Source of the DNA: Octopus vulgaris
Taxonomy: Eukaryota
Reading direction: 5' to 3'
Assembly: GCA_951406725.2 (NCBI GenBank)
Contig: OX597822.1
Location: 63,426,001-63,490,000 of the forward strand
DNA: 64,000 nt
The notes beneath the pieces were generated by a model that was given only the letters and a program-made list of their open reading frames with translations, did no database searches and had not been told where the DNA came from. The position numbers were made by a program, and so were the translations under genes. Below, one piece after another: positions 13,201-25,600 of the stretch; the first letter of the stretch is position 1; every line of letters begins with the position of its first letter.

Positions 13201-16200
13201 AATTGACAGTACTTAAATATATTAAATTGTATTTTAAGGACTGTTACTATTTTTGGTCTGCGGGTTATGGGCTTTGTTTAGATAGGTGGTTGTGGAGCAT
13301 TTTAATACTTATATTTTTTTTTCTCTTTCCACAGATGGAAAACGTAGTGTTTTCTGGAACACATCCCTTTTAGCTCCCTCTAAATTTAGTAAGTATTATT
13401 ATCAATTCTTTTATTATTTTTTTTTCCTATTGATACCAGTATAAAAGAAAAACAAAACACACAGATGTTTAATTGATGATGATAACGATGATGAGGTTAA
13501 TAATCATTATGGTAATACATTCTTTTACCGCCTGGTATCAGTCAATAAGATGTGGTGGTTTCAATACTGATGGTTCAGCACAGATGACTAGGCATTTGAT
13601 ACTGGCTGTGGTCGACCCAGGACTATAGTAGGTGATACTTGCTCAAGGTGCCACACAGTGGGACTTAACCTGGAATAGGAAGGAAACTTACCACACAACC
13701 ATGCCTGTACTTATTCTCTTTTACTCTTTTACTTGTTTCAGTCATTTGACTGCGGCCATGCGAGAGCACTGCCTTTAGTCGAACAAACTGACCCCAGGGC
13801 TTATTCTTTGTAAGTTCAGTACTTATTCTTTTGGTCTCTTTTGCCGAACTGCTTAAGTTATGGGGGTGCAAACACACCAACATCGGTTGTCAAGCTATAG
13901 AGGAGGGGGCAAACATATACACACACACACACACGCACACAATGGGCTTCTTTCAGTTTCTAAATCCACTCTCAAGGTTTTGGTTGACCCGAGGCTATAC
14001 TAGAAGACACTTGCCCAAGGTGCCACACAGTGGGATTGAACCTGGAACCATGTGGTTGGTAAGCAAGCTACTTACCACACAGCCACTCCTGAGCCTCTGT
14101 TTGTATTCACATCACATGATGCACAAACTTATTGTTTTACCAACACATTATCCTTTATTTCATTTGTGAATTGTAACTTTTTATGTTCCAGTTAACTACT
14201 AAATTCCAAGTCTTCTTCAATTTGCCTGTAGTCCATATAGTATCTTGTAAATATCTTCTTAAACATTTTCAATCACTTTACTCCCCATGTGCATTAAGTG
14301 CTCTTAGCACTGCAGTAGTCTTTCTTGCATATTAGCAATTAGTTACTTTCTCAGTACATTTGGCATGCAATCTGTGTCTAAAGTGTTCATTAAATACCTA
14401 ATAATGAAATTATTGTGTTGGACAAATAGTGTTTGCTTTATGTTGGACTAGACAGACATCAGAAAGCACAAATAGTAGTTAACAAAGCAATCATTCAACC
14501 TGCTAAATAGTAACAAAATATCATCGGATTACTCTCTACAGTATTTTAAAAAGAGAGAGAGAGAGAGAAAGAAAGAAAGAACATATGGGATGATGTTATC
14601 TTGAGTATGAAAACAATCAGGATAGTCATAGTTGGAATGGCTTCCATCATAGGTTTGCTTAACAACCAGAACTTCTATCAGAAATTTTCATCAGAGTTGA
14701 TGGAGAGCCATGAAGAAAAGACAAAAACATCCAACCAGTGACATTCAGTAACTATAAATCAGCATTGCCTTACTGACACTTGTGCCGGTGGCATGTAAAA
14801 AACATTCGAGCATGGCTGTTGCCCGTACTGCCTGACTGGCCCTTGTGCCAGTGGCACGAAAATGCACCCACTACACTCTTGGAATGGTTGGCGTTAGGAA
14901 GGGCATCCAGCTGTAGAAACTCTGCCAGATCAGATTGAAGCCTGGTGCAGCCATCTGGTTCGCCAGCCCTCAGTCAAATCGTCCAACCCATTCTAGCATG
15001 GAAAGCGGACATTAAACGATGATGATGTGATTGGTTGAAGCTGATGTTGTCTATTCATATAACTTCAGTAACATTGGTGTAGATGCCATAAGATATCATC
15101 ATCATTCAACGTTTGTGTTTTATGTTGACATGAGCACATGGTTTGACAGGACCCAATTTGTCCATGGACTGCATTCTGCTCCAGTATCTTTTGACATGGT
15201 TTCTGCAGCTAGATATCCTTCCTAATGCCAACTGCTTTAACCCTTTCATTACAAACCGGCTTTTGCTTTGTAGTACAAATGTCTTGTTTTCATAAGTTTT
15301 GAATTAAAATCTTCCACCTAAGTTCCGTCACAATTAATGTTCCTAATACTAACTTAATGGTAACTAAGTTATTTTACTAAATTCTTTGTCATATCTAAAA
15401 AAACCACAAAGGATCTCAAAATAAATACAGTAACAAAAGGGTTAAGCATGGACTAGGTGCTTTTTTTATGTCACCTACACTATTGAGGTTGCCAGGCAAC
15501 TCCCAGAACTACAGATTCTGGGGTGAAAGGATTAGCTTCATGCTAGTGGACAAGGGGATTGAACTCTGAGAAGTTGGGGAGGGCAATGGAGGTTCTTACA
15601 GAGCAATTTACCAAATTACAAAATTGAAATGGATGGTGGGATTCCTTTTCCTGATCATTCAGTTTAATATTCTAGGGTATCTGTTGTGTTTTTATATATT
15701 CACTTTCCTGTAACTTGTGGGTATGCCTTGACACCTCTTCACTATTTTCTTTCTTTCTACTGGAGTAGCCATGTATCTCCTCTATTGTAAGGCACCTGTG
15801 TTTACCCTTCTTTCATCACTTGATGTAAAGCCACCTCCCTTGGCTGAAAGGTCTTCTCTTGCAAGTTACTTGGTGACCCCACTAGTACTGGTGCCATATA
15901 GAATGTAACTGGTACACTTTGGGTAGAAGTTGTCATTAAGAAGGGCATCCAGCTGTAGAAACCATACCAAAACAGACATTTGAGCTTGGCATGTCCTCTG
16001 GCTCATCAGCTCATGTTAAACGATGATCACACACACATAGCTTAAATATAAGCCAAAAGGAGATAATCTTTATTTGAATTATTTATTGATTTTTTTTTCC
16101 CATTCTAGATGTTCAGTCTTCTCAGAATGTTCACTCTTTGATCAAACCTGCCACTTTACCAGACCCTACAAATAAAAATTCTGTTGATAAAAGTAAGTTT

Positions 16201-16574
16201 GGATTATCGCTTCGTAATCTTTTACTGGTTTTTGTCATTGGACTATAACCATACTGAAGCTTTGCCATCAAATGTGTTCTTTATGTGTGTGTGTGTGTAT
16301 ATATTTATATATATCTGTAAATGAGACAATTACTTGGTAGCCATGATAAAACTCCGAGTTTCGGATGCCGAGGTGGAAATCCACGCTGCCATCTCTTCAG
16401 TTATCCAGCCATCGGAAAAATGCTATGAAAATAATGGCATGGATTTCCACCTTGGCATCCGAAACTCAGAGTTTTATCATGGCTACCAAATAATTGTCTC
16501 ATTTACAGCTAAGTTCCTCTATTTTACATAATATCAAGGACTCTTTCTTTCTTTTGTTATCTTACCATTTTTAT

Positions 16575-16620
<46 letters not shown>

Positions 16621-19600
16621 ACATAGTTACATTTTGGAACATTGGGTCTTGAAGCACATAGAGCTATGAGTAGTAACTTGTAAATTTTGCTTTGAAAAAC
16701 TCTTTTGGAAAGAAAAATCAAAGGCTGCCCGTCATGGCTTCGGGAGGTGCCTACTGACAGCCTTTGGCTTTTTCTATCCAAAAGCGTGTCTATCTGTGTG
16801 TATAGATAAAATATGTCTGTTGTTACAAATATATCGCCTTGTTTTGTTGAATATTTGTTACAACTAAATATTTCAGTTAGAGACTACATTGTTTACCATT
16901 TGTATTTAACATTCATTAGTATTTTTTTTTTATAATTAACAATGTTTTTTTTTCTAAATATGGTTAGAAAAGCATTAATTTAATTTTCTTTTAAAACTGA
17001 GCAAGTTTCCATTGTTTTCTGTCTTCAGGTCAACAAGATGCTGACTCGTCGTCATCGAAACGAGTTGGTGACACTGCAGCGCCAAAAGAAAATGTCTCTT
17101 CCAACAGCGATTTAAACCAGCAGAAAACTGCTGATGGTGGAATTACAACCACAACTGGTGATAATGACACTACATCATCATCATCTTCATCATCATCATC
17201 ATCATCTAAGTTCTCCACACCAATTTTTAGTAGGTAATACAACACAGTGTTAACTGACATTTCCCCATTTTGCTTTTTCATAATATGATGTTAAGATTAA
17301 TGGTTCGTTTCATTAATTCTCTGTTAATATTGATCCAAAATTATTGCTGTGAGTTAGTTAAAGATTTTGTACTACTGACTACATGGCCATGAGTTCAATC
17401 CCTCTTGCTTTAAACAACTGTTGTGTTTGATACTAGTTGCCTCCTCCAATTTGTTTCACAATGGTATCACTCTTATTTTCCTGGTTGAGTTATTAGTAAT
17501 AGGAAACACATCCACTGTAAAAATAATTGCATTAGCAAGATAGGGATTTTTTTTTTTCTTTTTTTGGTCTTGGGATGATCGTTATGCCAATAATAATAAT
17601 GATAACAAGTCCACAATCAGCTCTTTTATTAGTCAGTTGGTTAAATACCTGACCAACTAACTGATTGATCATTTGTTTAATGTGCTGGTTTAACAATCAG
17701 TCTCTTTTACTTGTTTCAGTCATTTGACTGTGGCCATGCTGGAGCACCGCCTTTAGTCGAGCAAATCAAACCCAATACTTATTCTTTGTAAGCCTATCGG
17801 TCTCTTTTGCCGAACCACTAAGTTATGGGGACATAAGCACACCAGCATCGGTTGTCAAGCAATGTTGGGGGGGACAAACATATACACACACACATACATA
17901 TATATATATATATGTACATATATACGACAGGCTTCTTTCAGTTTCCTTCTACCAAATCCACTCGAGTCTTTGGTCAGCCCGAGGCTATAATAGAAGATAA
18001 TTGCCCAAGGTGCCATGCAGTGGGACTGAACCCGGAACCATGTGATTGGGAAGCAAGCTTCTTACCACACAGCCACTCCTATGCCAATGAGTTATTTGTT
18101 AGTCAAAGTCCTTTTGTTTCTGTTTCTGACCTTCTCAGTGACTTGCCTTCTCCCTTTATTTTATTGGTTTCATTTAATGGACTGCAGCTTGAAGTGTTTT
18201 TTAGTCAATCATATAGATCCCATACTTATTTCAGCTTGGTACTTATTTTATTGATCTCTTTTTGTCAGACTTCTGAGTTACTTAATTGACATTAAGGAAT
18301 ACAACTCACACATTAGGTTACACCAATAATTATAAATACATACACACATAATTATCATCATTGTTTTATTAAGATGCTAGTGTGGGTGTGTAGTTAAGGA
18401 ACTTTCTTCCCATTCATATGGTCTTGAGTTCAGTCCCACTGTGTGACACCTTGGGCAAGTGTTTTCTGCTGTAGTCCCAGGCCAGCCAAAGTCTTGTGAG
18501 TGGATTTGGTAGACCGAAACTGAAAGAAGGCTGCTGTATGTATGTGTGTGTTTGTGTGTTCCATTGCTTTGACATCACATGATGGTTGTAAGCAAACATC
18601 ACTGTCATACAAATGATGTTCCTTTCTAGTCTTCCATGGAAAGCATGTCTTACTTTGGAAAATATTACCGTGGAAATAATTGAGGCTTGGTAACAGGAAA
18701 GGCGTCCAGCCTTAGAAAATCTGCTTTGACAAATTTCATCTGATCATGCTAGCATGAAAACATAGACATTAGATGATGATTTTTTTTTACATTCACTTTC
18801 CATACTAATGTAGGTTGGATGGGTTGTCATAGTTTGAATCAATTCTTATTCAAAGTTACTACTCTCCTAAGTGGAGCAAACAATGTCTTACTGGTATAAT
18901 ACATTTTTGGCTTGATTTCTACTGCTATGTACCTATCTGATGACCCACCTCTACTGAGTGCATTTTATTGTGGCAACAGCATTAGAAAGAATATTATCAT
19001 AATGGGGTTTTGCACAGTTTTCATCTATTAAATTCCACTCAAAACATTAGTCGATTCATGGTCCGAGGTTCAATCCAAGCTTGCACTTATATAAATAGGA
19101 AACACTCATTTCTGTTACATAATAGATATAAGTTTCTAAAGATGCATGAGTATGTAGTAGGTCCATAACACTATTTCTGTACTGAGATACACTGTATTTG
19201 ATTGCATAAAAACCACATGAGCATATTAGATGCACCACCACAACTTCTGCAGTGCACATTCAGGAGAAAAGTGTTTTAATGCATTAAAGTTTATGAGAGG
19301 TCCAACTTCTTAGATAGGATCTAGAGTGTGGTTTTGAGACGTTTTTTTTTTTTTTTCTTTGAGAGGTAAAAAGGGCATCTTCCATGCCCTCAAATATGCT
19401 AATTTATGTGTGTGTGTGAGAGAGAGAGGACATGCTGGTGTCTCATGATCTGGTTTGTAAATTGTTGACTTCATCAAAATAATGTTTATTGGAAACTGAA
19501 ACTGTCTGTTTGCAGAGTTGGCAATAACAACAGTCCTGTGAACCTCCACACTGGCCAGACTAGTGTAAATAATAATACCGAAGCTGCTGCTGCCACTACT

Positions 19601-22600
19601 ACTACTTCTACTGGAGGAGAATTTCTCTTTGGTACCAATCTTCATGAACGTGTGGTTGTGAGTTTCATGCTTTCTTATTAAAGATTACCTACAAATTCTA
19701 TGGATGACAAGTGACACCAAAATTTTACTTGTTATTCCATTCTTAGTCTTACCTGCAGTATATTTCTTTAACCCCTTTCACATCAAACAACCTAACCCTG
19801 TTCTTGGTTCTATGATTAAAAAAAAATTCCTGTTTTAAAGTCATCTAAATTAAACCTTGCATCAATATTTCTTGTAATTTAAGATGACGAGCTGGCAGAA
19901 TCGTTAACACATCAAGCAAAATGCTTAGCTGCATTTCATCTGATTTGAGTTCAAATTCCAGAAGGTTGACTTCACCTTTCATCCTTTCGGGGCTGATAAA
20001 ATAAGTACCAGTTGATCACTGGGGTCGATGTAATCGACCTATCCCTTCTCCCAAAATTGCTGGCCTTGTGCCAAAATTTGAAACCAGTATTTCTTGTTAA
20101 TTTATGTTCAAAACATCAACCTTATCTTACTCAATTCTTCATTATTTTCCAAATTAATTGAAACCAAAGTGCTACATTTCATTGAAGATGCTGTAACAAA
20201 AAGGTTAAATGATGCTGTTTATCTCAAAAATCAAAATAACTTTTGGTTGTGGTTATGTCTGAAATGGAAAGCTATTTACCATATTTTAACATTTATAAGG
20301 AACCCTTTTTTTTTTGTCAAAAATCGGTTTAAAAAATATGGAAGTTTCTTATACATGGGTAGTATTATAATCTTTCACAAAACCTTTTTTCCAAATTTTA
20401 AGCCCCCAAAGTTAGGGGGTTCCTTATACATGTTAAAATGCAGTAACTTTTGTCCCTTGCGAAAGATCTTGGACTCAAAAGAATTCAATTTTACATTAAA
20501 TAGTCACATATTGTAAAAACTAAACTCTTTCCTATTATTAACATTAAAATGTTGTTGCTAACTTGAACTAAATAATATTACTGTAGCAATATTGAATGCA
20601 TTTTGGGGCTTAATTTCATGGGATAAGGACAGGTCCTTAAAATAATCACGCACAAATTATGTGCCACATCTTGTAACTAACAACTCTTCTTACTTGCAGT
20701 TGTCATTCTTTTGTCAGTAGTTTCTGTTTAATTTACCATTGTCACTTTAACCCTTTAGCATTTAAACCAACCATATTCAACCAAAATATTCCACTTGTTT
20801 GAACATCAAACTAGCCAGATCTGGCCTCTCACACCTACCCTATAACGTCATTGTAAAAATAAGCCAATCACTTCATCGAAATTTTAAAGCTACAAGATAA
20901 TGCATGATTAATTCAAACCAAAGCGAATAAATAAGCATTACATTTGACAGTAGTCTGAATGCTAAAGGATTAAGGAAAAGCTCTCCCCCCCCACCCCCAC
21001 CACCACCTTCCTGCAGAAATTAAGATTATAGTTTGTATCCACTTTGTTTTAATATTGTGTTGTCTGCAATTTTTATAGGGTCTTAATCAAAATTCAGAAA
21101 AGAGTAATAATTGTTCTGGATTTGTGTTTGGGGAAAATCTTGCTGATAGAGTTGTGGCTGCCGACAAACCATCCTCTCCCCTTCCAGATCACAATGACTC
21201 GTCTGAAGAAATCACAAATAACGGTAAGTGTTCTTTTGATATTTGGACATTTAATGGAAGCGTTGGTTGTCATCGTATGGTGGGTGTGCAGGTAAGGGTG
21301 TCGGTTGATGGGCTGTGAGCTCTGCATGACCAGTTCTTTCATAGGAGATTGCACAGTTAACATGTTCATTATCATCATCATTTAACGTCTGTTTTCCATG
21401 CTGGCATGGGTTGAACGGTTTGATTGAAAATTGGTAAACTGGGGAGCAGCACCAGGTTTCAGTCTGATTTGGCATGCTTTCTCCAGATGGATGCCCTTCC
21501 TAGCACCGACCACTCCAAATGTAGTGGCAGGTGCCAGTTACTAAACACCAGCATTGGCCATGACTACAATCTCACTTGGCTTGAGGGGGTTTCCTTAAGC
21601 ATGGTATATTCTTTTCTACTCTAGGCACAAAGCTCGAAATTTTGGGGAGGAGGCCAGTTAATTAGATCAACCCCAGTACACAACTGGTAGTTAATTTATC
21701 GACTCTGAAAGGATGAAAAGCCAAGTTGACCTCGGCGGAATTTGAACTCAAGCGCAAAGACAGACAGAATACTCCTAAGCATTTCACCCGGCTTGCTAAT
21801 GTTTCTGCCAGCTTGGTGTCTTCTTAAGCATAGTACATTACCAAAGGTCTCGGTTACTTGTCGCTGACTCCATGAGGCCCAAAGTTCAAAGGTTGCTTTT
21901 TACATGTTACCAGCAACGGGTGCCAGGTATGCTACACTGGCATTGACCATGACTACTATGTCACTTGGCTTGATGGGTCTTCTCAAGCTTAGCATATTCC
22001 CCAACATATCACTATCTCATGTTTAGAATATATTTTCTATCTTGACTTGGGTTGAATAATTCTGAAAATTCTCGTGTCTTTCTTTCATTTTTTACTTGTT
22101 TCAGTTATTGGACTGTGGCCATGCTGGGGGTACTGTTTTGAAAGATTTAGTCAAACTAATTAACCCCAATATTCATTTTTTTAGAGTCTTGCACTCATTC
22201 CAATCAGTATCTTTTGCCAAGTTGATATATTACCAGGATGTAAACTAACCAACACTGGTTGTCAAGTGATGTGGGACAAACAAACACAATGACACACACA
22301 CATATAATGGAATTCAACACAGATTCCCACTCATAAGTCATCGGTTGGCCAGAGCTATTACGGAAGGCACATACTCATGGTGTCTCACAGTAGGACTGAC
22401 CCTCAAACCACATGGTTGCAAAGCAACCTGTTTCACCACACAACCATACCTGCACCAGTCTTTTCATCTTTTCACTGGACTGTGGCCATGCTGGGGCACC
22501 ATGTTGAGGGACTTTTAGCTGAATGAATCGACCCCAGTACTTTTTTTAAAGCCTGATACTTATTCTATTGGTCTCTTTTGCTGAACCACAAAGGTACAAG

Positions 22601-25600
22601 GATGTAAACACACCAACACTGGTTGTTGAGTGGTGGCCAGGGACAAACACATACACATGAAAGGGTTCTTGCAGTTTCTTTCTGCCAAATCCACTCATGA
22701 GGCTTTGGTCAACCCAATGCTTTAATAGAAGATACTTGGCTCAAGGTACCACGCAGTGAGACTGATCCCGCAACCATGTGGTTGGGAAGCAAATTTCTTA
22801 TTTCTTTGCTGCCCACAAGGGGCTACGCATAGAGGGGGCAAACAAGGACAGACAAACGGATTAAGTCAATTATATCGACCTCAGTGTGTAACTGGTACTT
22901 ATTTAATCGACCCCGAAAGGATGAAAGGCAACGTCGACCTCGGCAAAATTTGAACCCAGAACATAGCAGCAGACAAAATACCGCTAAGCATTTCACCCGG
23001 TATGCTAATGTTTCTGCCAGCTTGCCACTGCTTTCTTACCACATAGACACGCCTGTGCCCGCGTCATTGTTTTAAATATATTTTCTGTTTTAGCTTAGGG
23101 TGAATAATTCTGAAAATTCATGTCCATTGTCCTTTAACATCTGAACATTTCTTTATTTGTGGACACTTTTCTATCAAATGTAAGTCGTTTCTAGCTATGG
23201 ATAAATGAACTGAAACAATTCCATGTTATAATTGGTAGGTGAACCAAGGAAAGGAGATTTGTAATTAATATCTGTATTTTTTTTTATGTGTTTTATATTC
23301 ATTTTTCGTGCTTCATAAAGCAGCTGGTGTGTTATTGGAACAATAGCCTTAACAGCTGGATGGCTTTACTGCTGTTACATTAACCATTCAACTGTGAAGT
23401 AGGGAGTGGATTTCCTTTTTGTTTTTATTTTACAGCATTGTTGATTTGTATGATTCTTTGGAAAGCATTAATACATAGAGACATATACATATGTATGTGA
23501 ATACACATGCACAGGTGTAGTTTTTGTGGTTAAGAAGCTTCCTTCACAACCTGGTAGTCTTCAGGTTACTCCCACTGCACGTCACCTTTGTCAAATGTGT
23601 TCTACTTTATCCCTGGGCCAACCAAAGCCATGTGAGTGGATTTAGTAAATAAACTGGCAGAAGCTTATCGTGTGTGTGTGTGTGTATGCCCTTTGTCTAA
23701 ACATCACTTGATAGGAGACAAACATAACGTGCTCATATGTGTGTGTGTGTGTCTAAAAAAGTTTGTTGTCATGTAAGTAAGCGTATCTGAGAATTAGTTT
23801 GGGGGTTGAAAATGCACCTGAGTCTTAGAATGAATTGTAGTTTAAAAGAATTTTTTTTTTAAATTTATTAAAACTGGTTTCAATAATTTATTTGTTTTTC
23901 AAGCGTAAATAAATAAATAAATACATAAGATACAAATTAAAAAGAAAATGAAGGAACAGGAGAAAATTCCATAGCAGTTAAAACATGCTGAAAAAGTCAA
24001 ATGTCCATAAACTTCACAGTATTTGGAAATTATAAAAGTTCAGTTGCTCTACAAATTTCGTAATAATATATAGTTGACAGTTCCAATAGGATTCAAAGCA
24101 ATGTTATATTAGCAACTAGATACAAATAAGATTTTTAAAAATAAAATAATCTTTTTACCAGTTCTGCTGCAGTGTATTGTTCTTTCTTTGTTTTGCTTGT
24201 CCGCCTATAGGTTTTAAGATATAGGTTCTCAAGTCCTAGATCTTAAATTAGTCCTGATTAGTTACTAACTCAATGACACGAGTTGTTTTTATCCACCTGT
24301 GGCCTCGCATTCTTGTTGGATGACTACTTGAGTATATCATTCTTTTAAAATGTTCTGGTCAGGTAATGGTAGTCCAGCATTCTGATTGGTTGACAACCTG
24401 GGGATGTCCTTTTTCCATCAATTGTTTTGATCACTAGTCTTCTGTTCTGTAGTAGTCCGACGCTCTGGTTGGTTGATTTATGGATTACGTCATTTGCTTA
24501 TCAAATGTTCATTGTTCCAGTTGGCTGATTTCTTTAAGGCATCTCTTGTTTCTCTGTCATCTGACAGCTGAATGTTTAAAAGCATTTGTTTATCACTTTT
24601 TTATTTTCCTGAGGGTCTGCTTTTGGCTAAAATTAAGATCCAATTTATCATTCGTGAAGTGACACCAAAAAATGTTTAAAAAAATACTTAGTGTAATAAT
24701 ACAGTGGTTTGAAGTTAATTTCAAATCCCACAGGAAGCGTTTTGCCTCGACTTTTGATGTATCATTGTTATTTTTATTGTTTCATGTTGTTTAGTTGGAT
24801 TGAATTAACTGTTTCCTGATTCTGTTGTTGTGTAGAGTATTTAGGATATTTCTGAATAAGCTTATTTTCTTTGTATAATTGAAATTGGGCTGAAGTGTTA
24901 CTGATATATTGATATAAGGGGAAAATTTGTTATTTGAGATGTTGTTTGTCCATTGGGCAATGATCAGATATGTATATATAGAGAGAGATGTACATATGCA
25001 TATATAAAATGAGCTTTTGTCTGTTTTTATCTTCTAAGTCCACTCACATGGCTTCAGCCCATGGTTAGAGTGCAAGACACTTGTTTAAGGTGGGACTGAA
25101 CCTGTAAACATGTGGTTGGGAAGAATTCTCTGTATCTTTATGTGTTATAAGAGATGACTAAAAAGGTTGGTATCATAAAGGGTCGCCATCTATAAAAACA
25201 ACGGTGTTGACACAGGGCAGGTTTCTGCACAGTTTCCACCTACCAAATTCTACTCAGAAGATATTAGTTATCCTGAAGCTATGATAAAATTCTCTTGCTC
25301 AAGATGCCGTGTAACAGGATAGAATCCAGAACTGTGGTTGCAAACGAAACTTCTTAACCCTACAAATATTTCTGTCTCCTTGTAATCTGAAATGATTGAA
25401 AAAAATGGAATGGGTGTGAGGAATAGAATCGAACACATCATTTATCTTTTATTGTTTTTTTTCCTGTTTCAGTCATTGAACTGTGGCCATGCTTAGGACA
25501 CTGCCTTGATGGGTTTAGTCAAACAAATCAACCCCAATATTTTTTTTAATTCTTTTTTAAGCCTGATATTTATTCTGTCTGTTCCTTTTGCCAAGCTGCT

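Noticed and set aside
16437-16480. Second hammerhead on the + (pre-mRNA) strand
   Set aside because: Has GAAA, stem III and UH but lacks CUGANGA and the 5' stem I strand; a truncated copy.
17030-17281. Minus-strand ORF with poly-Asp
   Set aside because: Antisense shadow of the poly-Ser RANBP3 exon.
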